NCBI GenBank assembly: GCA_035084275.1
Contig: CM068750.1
Span: forward strand, 14,012,001-14,076,000
Direction: 5' to 3'
Source of the DNA: Hydrolagus colliei
Lineage: Eukaryota
Length of the DNA: 64,000 nucleotides
This document shows, piece by piece, positions 24,426 to 37,101 of this stretch. How positions within the stretch are numbered: position 1 is the stretch's first letter; each line of letters opens with the position of its first letter. The notes below the pieces were generated by a model. The model worked only from the letters and a program-made list of their open reading frames with translations, was not told where the DNA came from and made no database searches. Position numbers and translations under genes: made by a program.

Positions 24426-27400
24426 CACGTCATTGAGACATCTCAAATGCTTCATGGAAATGACCATCCAATGTAGTAACTGCGTGTTTGAAGGCGAAGA
24501 AATGTCTTACAATGCATCACTGAAATTTTCTACAAAGTGCAGTAACTGTATTTGTAGAAGAATAGTGAGATTGTTGAAGTTATTGACTCCTATCCCATTT
24601 CAGGAAAACAAATCTTAACAGACTTACAGTCTGCTGGGAGTCTGGATATATGGGCCAGATTGCTATAAATAGCCTCCTGCAAATCTCTTGTGTTGTTCAG
24701 GGCAAATAAGCAAAACACATTGAAATGCTTGGCAATTTAATACTGAATTATTCTATTAGTTGCTGAACAGAGCGAGGGGTATGTTACAAACACTGGAGCT
24801 GGTGTACAGAACTGCATCAGATTCCTAAGATTCTGAAGTTTGCCTTTCTGTGCTTTGCTCATACTCTGCCGAGAATATCCACATAGACAAGAGGAGTCAG
24901 TCAGGAGACCTCGATAGCGCTCTGACCTCTGTTGATCACGCTTGCCACTGCGCCAGAAGGTTCAATAACAGCAACAAAATTAAATTTTTAAGAGCGTCTT
25001 TCACATCGGGAGAACGTCCCAAGGCGCTTTTATTCAGGCACCACGTTGGATTGGATTGCAGATTGGTTGCACTGTTCGCCTGCACATAAACAATCACTAC
25101 ATTTTATGGTAAATCATGCGAAACGTTTTGATGTTGTAGGCGACGAGAGCAGTACAGACTGAGCTGAGAGTGCGAAAGGCAATTGCATTGTAGCACCCTC
25201 AGCAGTGCATTGTAACACCAGCCTGGACCATAGAAGGTAAACGTCCTGATTTGGGGCTTGAACTCACCGCCTTCTGAATCAGAGACAAAAGTGCTTCCCA
25301 CTGAGCCAGGCTGACAATGTTACTTAAACACTACTCTAAAGGGAATAACAATATACACATATTTGGTCCAAATTATTAGCCTTCAGGAGCTTGCAAGCAG
25401 ATGAAAAGGATAAGGCAGTATTTTTAAGTCACTTAAATCAAATGAAACTTGCTGCTGGAAGACAGACTTTCAATAATAAAAAAGCCATCTAAGAAAACAT
25501 TGAGCAAAATTCCCCTGTGGAAAAGCTGGTGCCAAATTCCACATCAGATACAGAATGCTCTGAAGTGCTGGAGCTGACAGCAGTGATTGGCGTTTTTCTT
25601 AAAAGACTCACTCAGCTCTGGTAGGAATCCCCGGCTAACTAGGAATATCACGTAGATTATAGTTCAACAAAGCCCTGGTGAGAACCTTGTGTTACACTGA
25701 GAGCGAGACTGTCTGTGACAGGGAAAATAATTGCACAAGTCACCTAAATGCGCCCTGGGACATGTCTGAAGACATCTTTCATCCTTACTTCCTCACGGAG
25801 ACAATGACTTCGCTTCCCAATTGCAAAGAGAGATTACCAAGGACAGGAAATAGATTGGATTTGATGCCTCATCTCCTTCTCCCCTCCCCCCACCAACATT
25901 TGTACGCACTAGTTCAGCAATAAAAATGCCTATTGAGCTAAAGACACATCAATGCTTCGTGCATTTGGGAGAGAAGGGAAGCAACTCGTTTTGAAATGAG
26001 GAGTTAGCCTGGCTCAGTGGGTCACACCAGTGGGGGAGTTAGCACCAGCAGAGAAATAATTCTCAAAGAGCAGAGGAATGGGATTAAAGTAGAGAGCATT
26101 TGTAGGGGGGAGCAAACAATGTTGAAAGAGCAGGGAAATTAGATTCAATCAGAGAGCATCAGTGGGGGAGGTTCGCAACAGCACAGACATGTTGGCTCAA
26201 ATGACCTCCTGCACTCTAATAACATTAATAATAAACCTTGCGTTCGATATAGCACCTTATCACATCATAGGCTCAAAATGCTTCACTCCATTTTACAGGA
26301 AATCCTGTGAAGCATTTGGAGATGCCAGGCTTATGTGAAGAGCATTGTTCCAATTGTATGGATTTTTCATTCTTGTTACTGCTCCACTGTCTGTTGGAAT
26401 ACATCAGCAATCTCGGTTTCAACCTTCTCAAAATGCAGCACAAATACATTGTACATACGAACATGGAAGAAATTATACAAACCCTCTTGACTAAAGACCG
26501 CCTTTTTTTTTAACCAGAATGTTGTGATTTTATTTTAACTCTGGATACAAATTGACCACTCCCAAAATGGCTTTGTCTCTCAATCCGACCAAGCACTCTT
26601 GCCTCTGTACTTGTGAGAGTTTAATGCAATCACCCATTCCTCCAGTATAAACATCACGCCCAGCCTTGCTCACAGCAAGCTACAATCCTGTGAAGTGCTT
26701 CAAGACGAGGTCCTGACGTGAATGGTGCGAAACCAAATGCAAGGATTATTATTATTGGTGTTATCTTCCCCAAAATTCTGCTGGGTCTTGAATTTTAAAG
26801 TTAATGGTTTAAAGCCTAAAGGCATAGGAAATTTCACACCTCAGATAATATAATGATCCTTGCATTTGTCATATTGCCTTATATCAAAATGCTTTGCAGA
26901 ATATACTGTAAAGTGAACTGACTATGTATTTTATAGGATTATTACCCACCCCACTACACCACCTTCCACCCCCCAGAAAGTGATCCACCAATCTATTAAC
27001 ATTGGGTTCCTACTTTCTGTAGGTGAACAGAGTTGTATGGAGTAAGGAAACTTGCCTAACATTTCACCCCTCCCAGGTCCATTTGTTTGTGAGGCGAGCG
27101 TTCAATCAATAAATTATGGGATTCCACAGGTCCCCTCCATTGGCCCCTATAGGAAAGTGCTAGTGTGTGTGTGTTGTGAACAGAACCAGGCTTGGCTGGG
27201 ATCTCCCTCAGTAACCCGGCTGATATATGAAAGGATGATTTGGATATGGCACCAGAGGTTGTGCAGCCAGAGTCCATGAAGCCTGACCCAGCATGTGTCA
27301 GTGTCCTTCAGAAATGGGGTGAGGGGGGTTGGGGGATGGAGAGGTGCAGAGAAAACATTAGCTGAACAACAGTCCAAATCGTATACAACTTTCAATGTTA

Positions 27401-27687
27401 TTTGGAACTAGTTTTGGGGCCAGCTTGTCTTTCCACAGAATTGCAAAGGTTTGTTTTGCCTCACAGATTGCCCGAGGGCAAGTTCCTGACCTCAGCCCAG
27501 CCCATCAGGAGTGATGCTGAACAGAGAACTGGGAATGTCCCAAAAGGGAACTGAGGAAGAGAGGAACAGGGCTTGAATTACACACAAAAAATAACACTCT
27601 CCCTCTCCCTCCAGGCTGGTTGTACAATGGCACAATGAGGACCCCACGAGCAGGTCATTGGCTGCCTAACTTCTTGAACAGTCATTT

Positions 27688-27708
27688 GGGGGGGGGGGGG
27701 GGGGGGGG
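27688..27708 (+). repeat. Poly-G run (about 21 G) followed by a purine-rich tract
   Basis: Read directly. Confidence 0.9.
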
Positions 27709-30700
27709 AAAGAGGGGTGAGAAGGAGAAGGGAGGAGGGAGAGAAAAAAAATCTGATAGTACAACAACAACAACAACTTTGATTTATATAGCGCCCTTCA
27801 CGCCGGACGGTGTCTCAGAGCGCTTAAATAGTAGGGGAGGAAGAGGAGACTAAAAATTGTTGCACACTTATATATAACAATGATAATGAACCTTACATTT
27901 AATACAGCGCCTTCCACGTTGGGAGGATGTCCCTGTGTGCTTCACAGAATATACTTTACGCACAAAGTGCTATGCAGTGAGCAAACTGCCAACTGATTTC
28001 TTATTTCAGTTTACAAGAGAGATAGGATGGAACACACAACTGTTAAACACACACATTTTCTTTCCTGCATACTTATAATAATTTGCCTAGATGCTCGTAT
28101 GCTTGAAGACTGACTTAGACACTGATCTGCAGAGAAAAGATACACCAGGGGGCAGCTTTGCTAGTGACAGGGTGGGAGGGGAAGGTTGCTCGCATCTCCT
28201 ACAGGTAAAAGAGATAATCTTCAGAAGCAAATGCAAGCAGATTGCAAAGACTCCCTTGGGATCCCAGGAGAGAGGAAACAGAAAGGAAGGAAATCCCTAT
28301 TTTCATAATGAAGGAAACAGAGGTGCCTTGAGAATAACATCCAAGAGTTGGCAAAACCTGATACATGTGAAATCCAACCCTATGCCTAATGTTCTTTGTA
28401 TGTGGAAAATCACAATTTATACCACCTGTGGGGATAATATAGGCAAGCTGAGGCAGAAGGCAGCACAGGCCAGAAACCTTAAGACTACAGAGGCAGTTTG
28501 AGCTTACGCTTTCCTATTACACCTTAGAGAATCTGAATTTCATTCCAGGGTATCTGAAGTGCATTTGAAAAACTTTCCACTCTCTCACTCCATATGTGTT
28601 GAGCAGAGCCAGCAGAGCTTGCGTGTGTCCTGGCATTTAGTTAGAGCCACAGCTGCAGTTTGGACTTGCACGAGTTAAGAGCCACATTACGCCAAGAAAA
28701 ATCAGCCTTTTAAAAATAAGAATGATCCACCTTATTTTTATAACAATCCTTGCATTTGATATAGCGCTTTTGAGTTATCTCAAAGCGCTTCACAGGATAT
28801 ACTGCAAAGTGGATTTACAGTGTATTTTGCGGGCGAAATACAGCAGCTAATTGTGCCCAACAGTGTCCCACAATCAGTCATGGAATGAGTAAACAATTTT
28901 GTTCAGGGAATTGTTGGCCAGGACATTGAGAGAATTATTGCAGATTAGACCTGAGTATGGGTGAGGCACTGCACAGAAAGTCCACAGGTCACAGAGTCAT
29001 GGTATAAACGTTTCTGTGCTGAGCTCCTGACCAGCGGCAATCTGAGGGTATCAAACAGAGGTGAGACACTGTCCCCGGAAATGGTGGGGGGGGGAGTTGG
29101 AGATGGTTAGGAAACCAGAGAGCAATTTATCTCATGGCCTATTAGTGTCTAGCACACAACAACAACTTGCGTTTATATAGTGCCCTTCACACGGGGTAGC
29201 ATCCCGTGTCTGACCACGACCATCAGTACGATTAAAAAGGAAAGTTTTCAGACATGTTTTGAACTTGGGGATAGAGGGAGCAAGACGGTGGGATTGAGGA
29301 AGAGAGCTCCAGAGTTTTGAGGCATAGTGGGTGGAAACACAGTCATCGATGGTGAAGCAGAGGAGACGAGGGATGAACAGGAGGCCTGAGGCAGTGGCAG
29401 ACCTAAAGAAACAGCTGCGAAGCTGAGTAGAGAGGCTAAAAATACAGATTTAAGTCCCCACAATCGACCTAAATCCACACTTGGATGAAACATTAAGACT
29501 GGGTCTTACACAGTGTCTGTAAGCTTCATTTCAGTGTGCACAACGCTCTCTTGGTTTTACTTTTTCCCAATAACATTTTGCCACCGGCAGTAATTCGGTG
29601 AATCAAACAGATGTGGTTGAGCGGAGGTAGGGGAGAGGGAGACGGCTGATGAGCACATCCAGGTTCACTGCTGTTCTGAGACAAGGGCACAATCGGGGCT
29701 GGTCAGGAAAATCTTAACCCTCTCTCAGTTTCAGTAGACAGACCACCTATCTGTTCAGAACTATATTGAGCTCTCTTAATGTATCTAAATAAAGCAACGG
29801 GGCCGGGAGGTGGGCACTGCATTTGAATTCAGATTCGGGTTCTGGTTCCCAGTGTTTGCATATTCACATTTATCTCTCGGAATAATCTGCTATAAACTCC
29901 CGCCAGGAACGTTGCGTGTGGGAATTCGGAAATGAAATTAATCCAGGAAAAAGAGGAATGGATTTCACTTGGATTCATTCAATCAGTGCCCCAGCTGACA
30001 ATACCCCATCCCACCACCCACCACTGAGTAAATATAATTGCTCATTGACTTCATAGTCATTTGCGGGACACTGTTGCATGCCAACTGATAATTCCTGTGA
30101 AGCACATTGAGATGTCTCAACAGTAAGCTCTCAGTTTCTACACCTGGAACCTCTAGAACTGCATCTGTCTACTCCTCTCTTTCAGTCATTAAGACATGCT
30201 TCAACTTCTACCTCATTAATCGAGTCTATGACCATTTCCCTTTCACCCCATCTCACATTCTGCAACCAACCCCATCCTTGTAAAGTACTGTACTATGTAA
30301 CGGTGCCTTGCATTGAAGGGCCTGTATAAATGCAAGTGGTTGTTGTTGTTTTGATAAGGTTCTGTATCAAATACGAGGATTACTGTTGTTATCATCGCAT
30401 GTCCAGCCCTGACTCCACATGAAGGCTTTGGTTTGTGGATCAATGCAGGGCTGACGGTTCCCCCATTGCTGTCTCTCCAGAGAGGCCAGTGAGACTGTGG
30501 TTTGGTACGGAATTAGACGTCTGCCACTGGCAAAAACCTCACTTATGTTGCATAACATTGCGCCGCCGTACATCCCTGATCTCAGCAGCAAGAAATCTGC
30601 CTGAAATTTGAAGAGTAAAATCATCCTCTGCCTTTTCATGGCAAACCTGTCCTTGCTTCAAGGTCAATAGACACAGGAAGCAGCACCTATAACGCTACTG

Positions 30701-33700
30701 ATGTTACTAACCGCTAAGCTGCGTGTGACTAAACAGTAATTGATAATCCTTACATTCAGTGGATGTGAGTCCTCTCACATCGAGAGGACTGCAAAGTACC
30801 GAGCTGTGTATTTTGTTGCAAATGCTGTGAGCAAATTGGCCACGTTCTGCCTACAAAATACTGGGAAGCACTTTGAGCTGTCCTCCTGATGTAAGAGGCG
30901 CTATATCAAACGTAAGGCGGGTTATTATTATTATTTTACTGTTATTATCCTGCAGGGAAGCAGTGGATCTTTAGAAGAAAATTAACTTGAAAATGTGGCA
31001 ATTGCCTCTTTCACTTCCTGTAGATGCTTTGCTCAGTAATAACCAGCAGAAATCCAGTACCGATGATCAATAGAGGATCGTTTCAAAAACCAGGCTGTGA
31101 AACCATGAAAAATGGAGCTGAAAACAGCCACACTCAAAAAAAAATGCCTGGCTTTTTCTGGGAGACATTTCTTCAGGCTCGGTCTGGAAATGAGCTGTGA
31201 GGAACGTACCCCCCAGTGTTTATTCACCAGATAATTACCTCCAGAAATTTCTGAGTCCTTCCCTTGCCATTGACTGCTATCCCAGGCAGACCGACTGTGA
31301 GATGTCTCAAACACATCCTCAGCCCAGGACCAGAATGCAGTGGATGTGAGCCTCAGTTATGTATGAGTGGGGAGGGCCTCGTTACAGTACCATATTACTC
31401 ATTACATTCCTATGCTCCCAGCACACAGGGGTTAAAGGGAGATTTGCTGTTTAATAGCAAAAAAAAGTAGATATGTTCTCAGCTTCACAAACCACAGCCC
31501 CAAGCAGCAGGTTACATGTTTTCAGTCTGCGTGCGTTTGATATAGTGCCTTTCACATCACGAGGACACCTCATATAATAGTAACCATAATAATACTTCAA
31601 TTTGATATAGCGCCAAGTGTAGCGACTGTGTTTTGCAGACAAACCCAGCAGCAATTTGCATACAGCAATCTCCTACAAACAGCTATTAAGTGCAGGACCC
31701 AATTTTTGTGTTGTGTGGGTGGGGGTCGAATCATTGGCTAGGACACCAGGATAATCTCTCCTCCATCTTCAATCAGATCTTTAACATCCACCTGAACAGG
31801 CAGACAGGATCTGGTTTTAATTTCTCATCTCAATGCAATACTTTGCCTGTACTGTTCTGGAGTGCCAGCCTATACAATACGCTAGAAGTCTTTACGTGGA
31901 GTTTGAACCCACAGACCTTCCGATTTAGAGGCACATTGCAACCTACAGCTTCAAAATATCAGTAGTGTTTACAGGCATAAAGGATTCGATGTAATGAATT
32001 TGATGTAATGAATTGGATATGAAATGTCACAAGTTGCACCCCAATTGGCTGCCTCATTTCGCCCACAAGTATACAGTCAATTCACTTTACAGTATATTCT
32101 GTGAAGCACTTTGAGACGTCTAGAAGACATGAAAAGCGCTACATCGATTGCAAGGATTATTATTACAGCACTGTACAGTATTATGATATAGAGTAGAGGC
32201 TTTGTTGGTGAAATGAATCACTAGAGGGCGCTACGTGGGATTTGTCAGTGTCATTGTCATTACCCTCCACATCAAAGTGCCAAGTTTTGTGCTCTGCATT
32301 TTGAGGCTATCACCACCAGGTTCCCCCAGCACTTAATTTATTATTTATTTCCTTCATTTATGGTTTCATTATTTATGAATGTAACACTCAGCCAAACATT
32401 TCTTCTTGTAATTCAGTACACATCGAAGACTCGCTGCAGTGGGCTAAGCACACATCAGTATGAGAGCAATTAAAGTCGCCATCATTTGTTATATTCTGCG
32501 CGTGTGTATACATATATAATATACTATAGAATAGTATATATATATATCTATAAGATAATGTCAATAAGAGCAACTAAGGCAGTTACATTAATAACCCTTG
32601 CATTTGATATAGCACCTTATGCTTCTAAATGTCTCAAAATGATTTACAGAGTTTTCTTTAATGTGTAGTGACAGTGTATTTGCTTGCGAAATGGGAGTTA
32701 ATTTGCTCACAATAGTATTCCACATACAACCATGCTGTAAATGACAAATTTTGTTTGGGGGAAGTGTTAGCCAGGACATCGGGAGAAACTCCCTTCTGTT
32801 TTTAAGTAGTTCCCCCGGGATCTTTACCATTCAGGAAGACATGCAGTTAAATTTGGACAATAAGTAAATCCAATACATTTTCACACCGTTAAATAACTGC
32901 ATACTAACTTAGGCATTTATACATGGAAGATACTATACACACTGGGACATTGTGCGACTTGGATTGTCTATACACGTCACACTATGGACCAGTGCCCCAG
33001 AAATGCAAATTGCAACTCAGGGAATCAGACATGACTTCAATATCCATATAAATATCTCTACAACCAGACCACTTGGGAATTCAGCTGAAACCCATCCCTG
33101 AGCTCCCAAAAGTGAGAAAAAAAATCAATAAACTGCACGATTAGGTCAAGTCAAACTGAATCTAAAACTGACCATTTGTGGTACTTGATCCTGACCTTAG
33201 TCTGGACTGAATTAAGGTGGAAATGCCTGTCTGTGTTCATCGAAGGATTGGATTGATGCAACATATTGGGTAGGTTAGCATTGCTCCACTCGATGACAGC
33301 ACAAATACATAAGAAATTCATTCCCACTCCTGCAAGCTGATTTACAGGGCTTTATACAGAATCATTTTTTAAAAAATTCACAAGATCACAAGTATTCCTT
33401 CAAATAATGGTGGTTGGTTGGGGGCAGGGGGGGCGTCAGTCTTACAACATCCCAACATGGATCAGTCTCTCCTCTAAAACAGGGGTCCACGTCATTTGTC
33501 AGCACAGCTCATCGATCACCTTCAGAGTCACCCAAAGCTGCTGATGATTTATTGGCTTCTTGAAGTAGCACATAAAGATGTGGGTACTCTCCAAGGATCT
33601 CGCAGGATTTATTTGAAAGATAGAGATAAAAAAAAAGGAACAAAGCCTCACTGGGGTATCTGGCTTTAATATGCCCTTCACATATATCACAACAGTTGTC

Positions 33701-35784
33701 GCGTGACTATGTGCGGCACAGAATGAAAGAGAGAGCTGTATAAATAAATTATTACCATTTATAAGAATAATCTTTGCATTTGATAAAAAGCGCCTTATTC
33801 TATTGAGACGTCTCAAAAATGCTTCATGGAATATACTGTAAAATGTGCATTTGGTGGGTGAAATATAAGGTATTGGTTGCAGTTTTATTTGCATAGATTA
33901 GTAGGGCACTGGAGCCATTTTATGGAACATATACAGGTAATCTTTACATTGGGTATAGTGCCTTTCACACGGGAAGATGTCTCAGACAGCGTCGCAGGAC
34001 ACACATTAAGTGCAGTGTCTGTGTTTTATGGGCAAACAAACTTTATACATTGAATTTTTAAAGAGTGTTCACAGAGCGTGAACAACAGATTCAATATTTT
34101 GGAAGAGACATAGAATGTCACGAGTGGAAAAACTGATATATTCAGAGCATAAGGAGGCCATTTGGCTCATTGAATCTGTATGTCTGGCTGCCTATAGCAC
34201 TAAATACTTTCTAGCTCTTCCCCCCCCCACCCCCCCACCAACATACCTTAATGTTTTTACTGCCTAAGCATTTGGCACCTTTCAATTGATTCACACCCTG
34301 ACACCTCCCATCTTTTTGATCTTCTCCAATGCCACTCATCTGCTCGGCAGGCTTCTGCTCCGCTACCCTGGATTAGGGAAGGCCATGTCCTTTCCTCAAG
34401 TGATCCAGCATTGAGGGCACTAAATAAATGCAGGTTGTTGTCCAGTTTCCTTTGGATTTATTAATTTGATTCAGTCTTAACAGTCACTTGCAGCAATGCA
34501 TTAAAACTGAAGCAAATCCCAGAGCGGAGTGTAACTAACTGCTGTATTAATATTAATAATCTTTGCAATGATATACCCTCTGTTTTGCCCTCCACCCTCC
34601 CCAATCTCCCAACTAGGGTCCAGAATACTGATTGTCCAGCTCTTTGGGACGTCCTCTTGACGTGAAAGGCGCTATAAAAACTGAATCTTGCTGTTGTCGT
34701 CTCAAAGCACTTCACAGGATTCACTGTAAAGTGAATTGACTGGGTATTTTCTGGGCAATATGCAGCAGCCAATTGCGAACAGAAACTGGCCCTTGCTCAA
34801 CCTGCGAGGAACTGACAGCTGAAGGCTGACTTATCAGTATCCACAGCAATTGGGAGAGACATTCTGAACAGACTGAGCAAATGGCCTTCAAAACAGATTG
34901 CGAATGAAGTGTGCTTGGCAAAAGACCACTTGGTTTTGGGGGGTTGGAGGGGGTGGGGGTGGGGGGGGAGGGGAGGAGGAGGTTATGAATGAAATAGTGC
35001 AGAAAAAACATACAACACAAGTGATGCAAGAGTTATCGTGAATATCAGAGTGTATGGTAGAAAATCACCACCGGCATCATAGACACTTTTGCGTGTTTCT
35101 GAATTTATAAGATTAAAGGATTAATACAAATTCCTCTTCGTCTCCTTCATCGGCTACTTAATTTGCAGATAGGATTAGCTAGGCATGATCCACAGTTAGG
35201 CGCTGTCTAAATAGTTCAGTTAGATGGTAATGGACACTGGAATGAAGTCACCGCAAGTGATGCATTATTAAAAATACTGTGCGGGATGTTTAATGACAAC
35301 TCCTTTCATCTTCACATAGTTTTGCAGATATAAAATACAGACTCTGCCCACGCCCCCTTCCTTCCCTCTCCCTGCCATTCCTTCCCCCACCTCCCAAGTT
35401 AAACTAGAAAGAGCAGAAACAGTTTGCAAGTCAAGATTAAAGTGAAACAAACATAATGGGTTTAAGGCTGGGCTCATGAGGAATCACAGGCCTCCAAGCC
35501 ATTCCAGGAAAGTGCAACCATGGGTTGGATACAAGATAAGTGCCAGACCTTTCTCCGACTCCTCTCAGTCCTCTGTGGCCAAACCACTGACCAACTTGTG
35601 GATAAGAATGGTCTCCTTAAATCCGCTTGAAAATTTTCTTTTAGCTTGTAAACTTATGATCAACGTTCCTCTGGTGCCCTGGCCAACAATCTCCCAGATA
35701 CAATCAGTCACTCATATTACAGCTGTTTATTATTCCCCCATCACTCATATTATTTCTCAATAATATTTATCACTCATATTATTT

Positions 35785-36038
35785 CTCCGCTCCCACCCTA
35801 TGGAATGCCATCCCTTAATCCCTCCGTCTCGTTTCTTCCCTTTCCTCTTTCAAGGCCGGTTTGAAGACTTTCCTCTTCGACCGTGGCTTTTGTTCCACCC
35901 CGAATTTTTCAACCTCCCCTTCGTGTCTCACCCCTTCCCAAACACTCCCCTCTCAGCTCGGGTCACACGCCTCCTGTGCAACGCCTCGGGACGTCCTCCC
36001 GACGTGAAAGGCGCTCTATAAATATAATTTGTTGTTTG
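35785..36038 (+). mobile_element. L2 LINE 3' end
   Basis: TGGAATGCCATCCC..TTCAAGGCCGGTTTGAAGACTTTCCTCTTCGACC (WNAIP..FK..LKTFLFD), pyrimidine-rich UTR, GGGACGTCC..GTGAAAGGCGCTCTATAAAT and a TTG tail. Confidence 0.75.
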
Positions 36039-36390
36039 CGAGACATCACTGTGTGCAAATTGGCTGCCACGTTTGCCTGCAAGTTCACAGTCACTACAAC
36101 GTACAGTAATTTCCCACAAGACGCTTGAAGACTTCTCAACGATGTGATAAGGCACTGTATCAAAACGGGTTTGGGTGGAAAATTCTGCTGAACTTTACTA
36201 ATGTGTGAATACAACAACAACCTGAATTTATGTAGCACCTTTCATGCAAGATTTCCTAAACGGAAAATTCCATTCGTGAGGTCAACATTGCCAAAGGTAC
36301 TACAGGTGATATATAACAGAGTTTTTGTCCATGTACAGGTTAAACGTGTCGTGTTTCTTAACCCAATCCTTATGCTAATTAACATGAACC

Positions 36391-36978
36391 ATTTCCAACA
36401 GGTATGAAGTACTTTCAACCTGTTTGGATAAGGAGGTCTGTGAGGAGGTTGGACAAACCAACTCCCTCAAGACCATTTTAATAGGAGATACAACTGTCCG
36501 AGGTATAGATAGGCGTTTTTGTGAACGGAAACGCGAATCTCGGAAGGTGTGTTGCCTACCAGGTGCCAGGGTTGAAGACTTGGCTGAGCGGGTGCATGAA
36601 ATTCTGCTAGGGGAAGGGGAAAATCCACTTGTGGTGGTCCATGTTGGGACCCATGAAGTTGAGAGGAAAAGACCTGAGATGCTCCAGGGAAAGTACCAGA
36701 GACTAGGGAGTAAACTAAAAAGTGGAACTTCGAGAGTGGTGATCTCTGGGTTGCTTCCAGTGCCTCGAGCAAGCCAGTTCCAGAATGCTAGAATAAGGCA
36801 CATCAATGCATGGCTGGAGAAGTGGTGTAGGAAGGAGGGTTTCTGGTTCCTAGACCATTGGGACCAATTCTGGGGTAGGTGGAACCTGTACAAAATGGAT
36901 GGGTTACACCTGAACAGGGCTGGAACCAATCTCCTTGCAGGGAGGTTGTCGAGTTTTGTGGGGGGGGCTTTAAACTAA
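36391..36978 (+). CDS. CR1 ORF1 C-terminal part: SGNH/GDSL-type esterase domain
   Basis: SNRYEVL motif, then ILIGDTTVRGID, CCLPGARVED, VVVHVGTHE, VVISGLLP and DGLHLNRAG. The frame is closed by TGA at 36385, marking the truncation junction. Confidence 0.85.
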   Translation: MSNRYEVLSTCLDKEVCEEVGQTNSLKTILIGDTTVRGIDRRFCERKRESRKVCCLPGARVEDLAERVHEILLGEGENPLVVVHVGTHEVERKRPEMLQGKYQRLGSKLKSGTSRVVISGLLPVPRASQFQNARIRHINAWLEKWCRKEGFWFLDHWDQFWGRWNLYKMDGLHLNRAGTNLLAGRLSSFVGGALN

Positions 36979-37101
36979 TCCCGGGGGGTGAGGGTGGGAA
37001 ACTGATCAGTAGTTCAAATACGGGAGGGGTAATAAAGAGGACAGGGGGTAAAGCTAAGACGGGAGAAAAATGCAGAGGAAGTAATTTGTGCCTTAGAGTG
37101 C

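Noticed and set aside
35709-35788. Three copies of CACTCATATTA(TTTCTC)
   Set aside because: Short local slippage duplication at a SINE/L2 junction with no further structure.
18412-36300. Numerous 60-136 aa ORFs in the downstream region (e.g. 18412, 28091, 33499)
   Set aside because: No domain motifs, many non-ATG starts or SINE overlaps, and lengths expected by chance.
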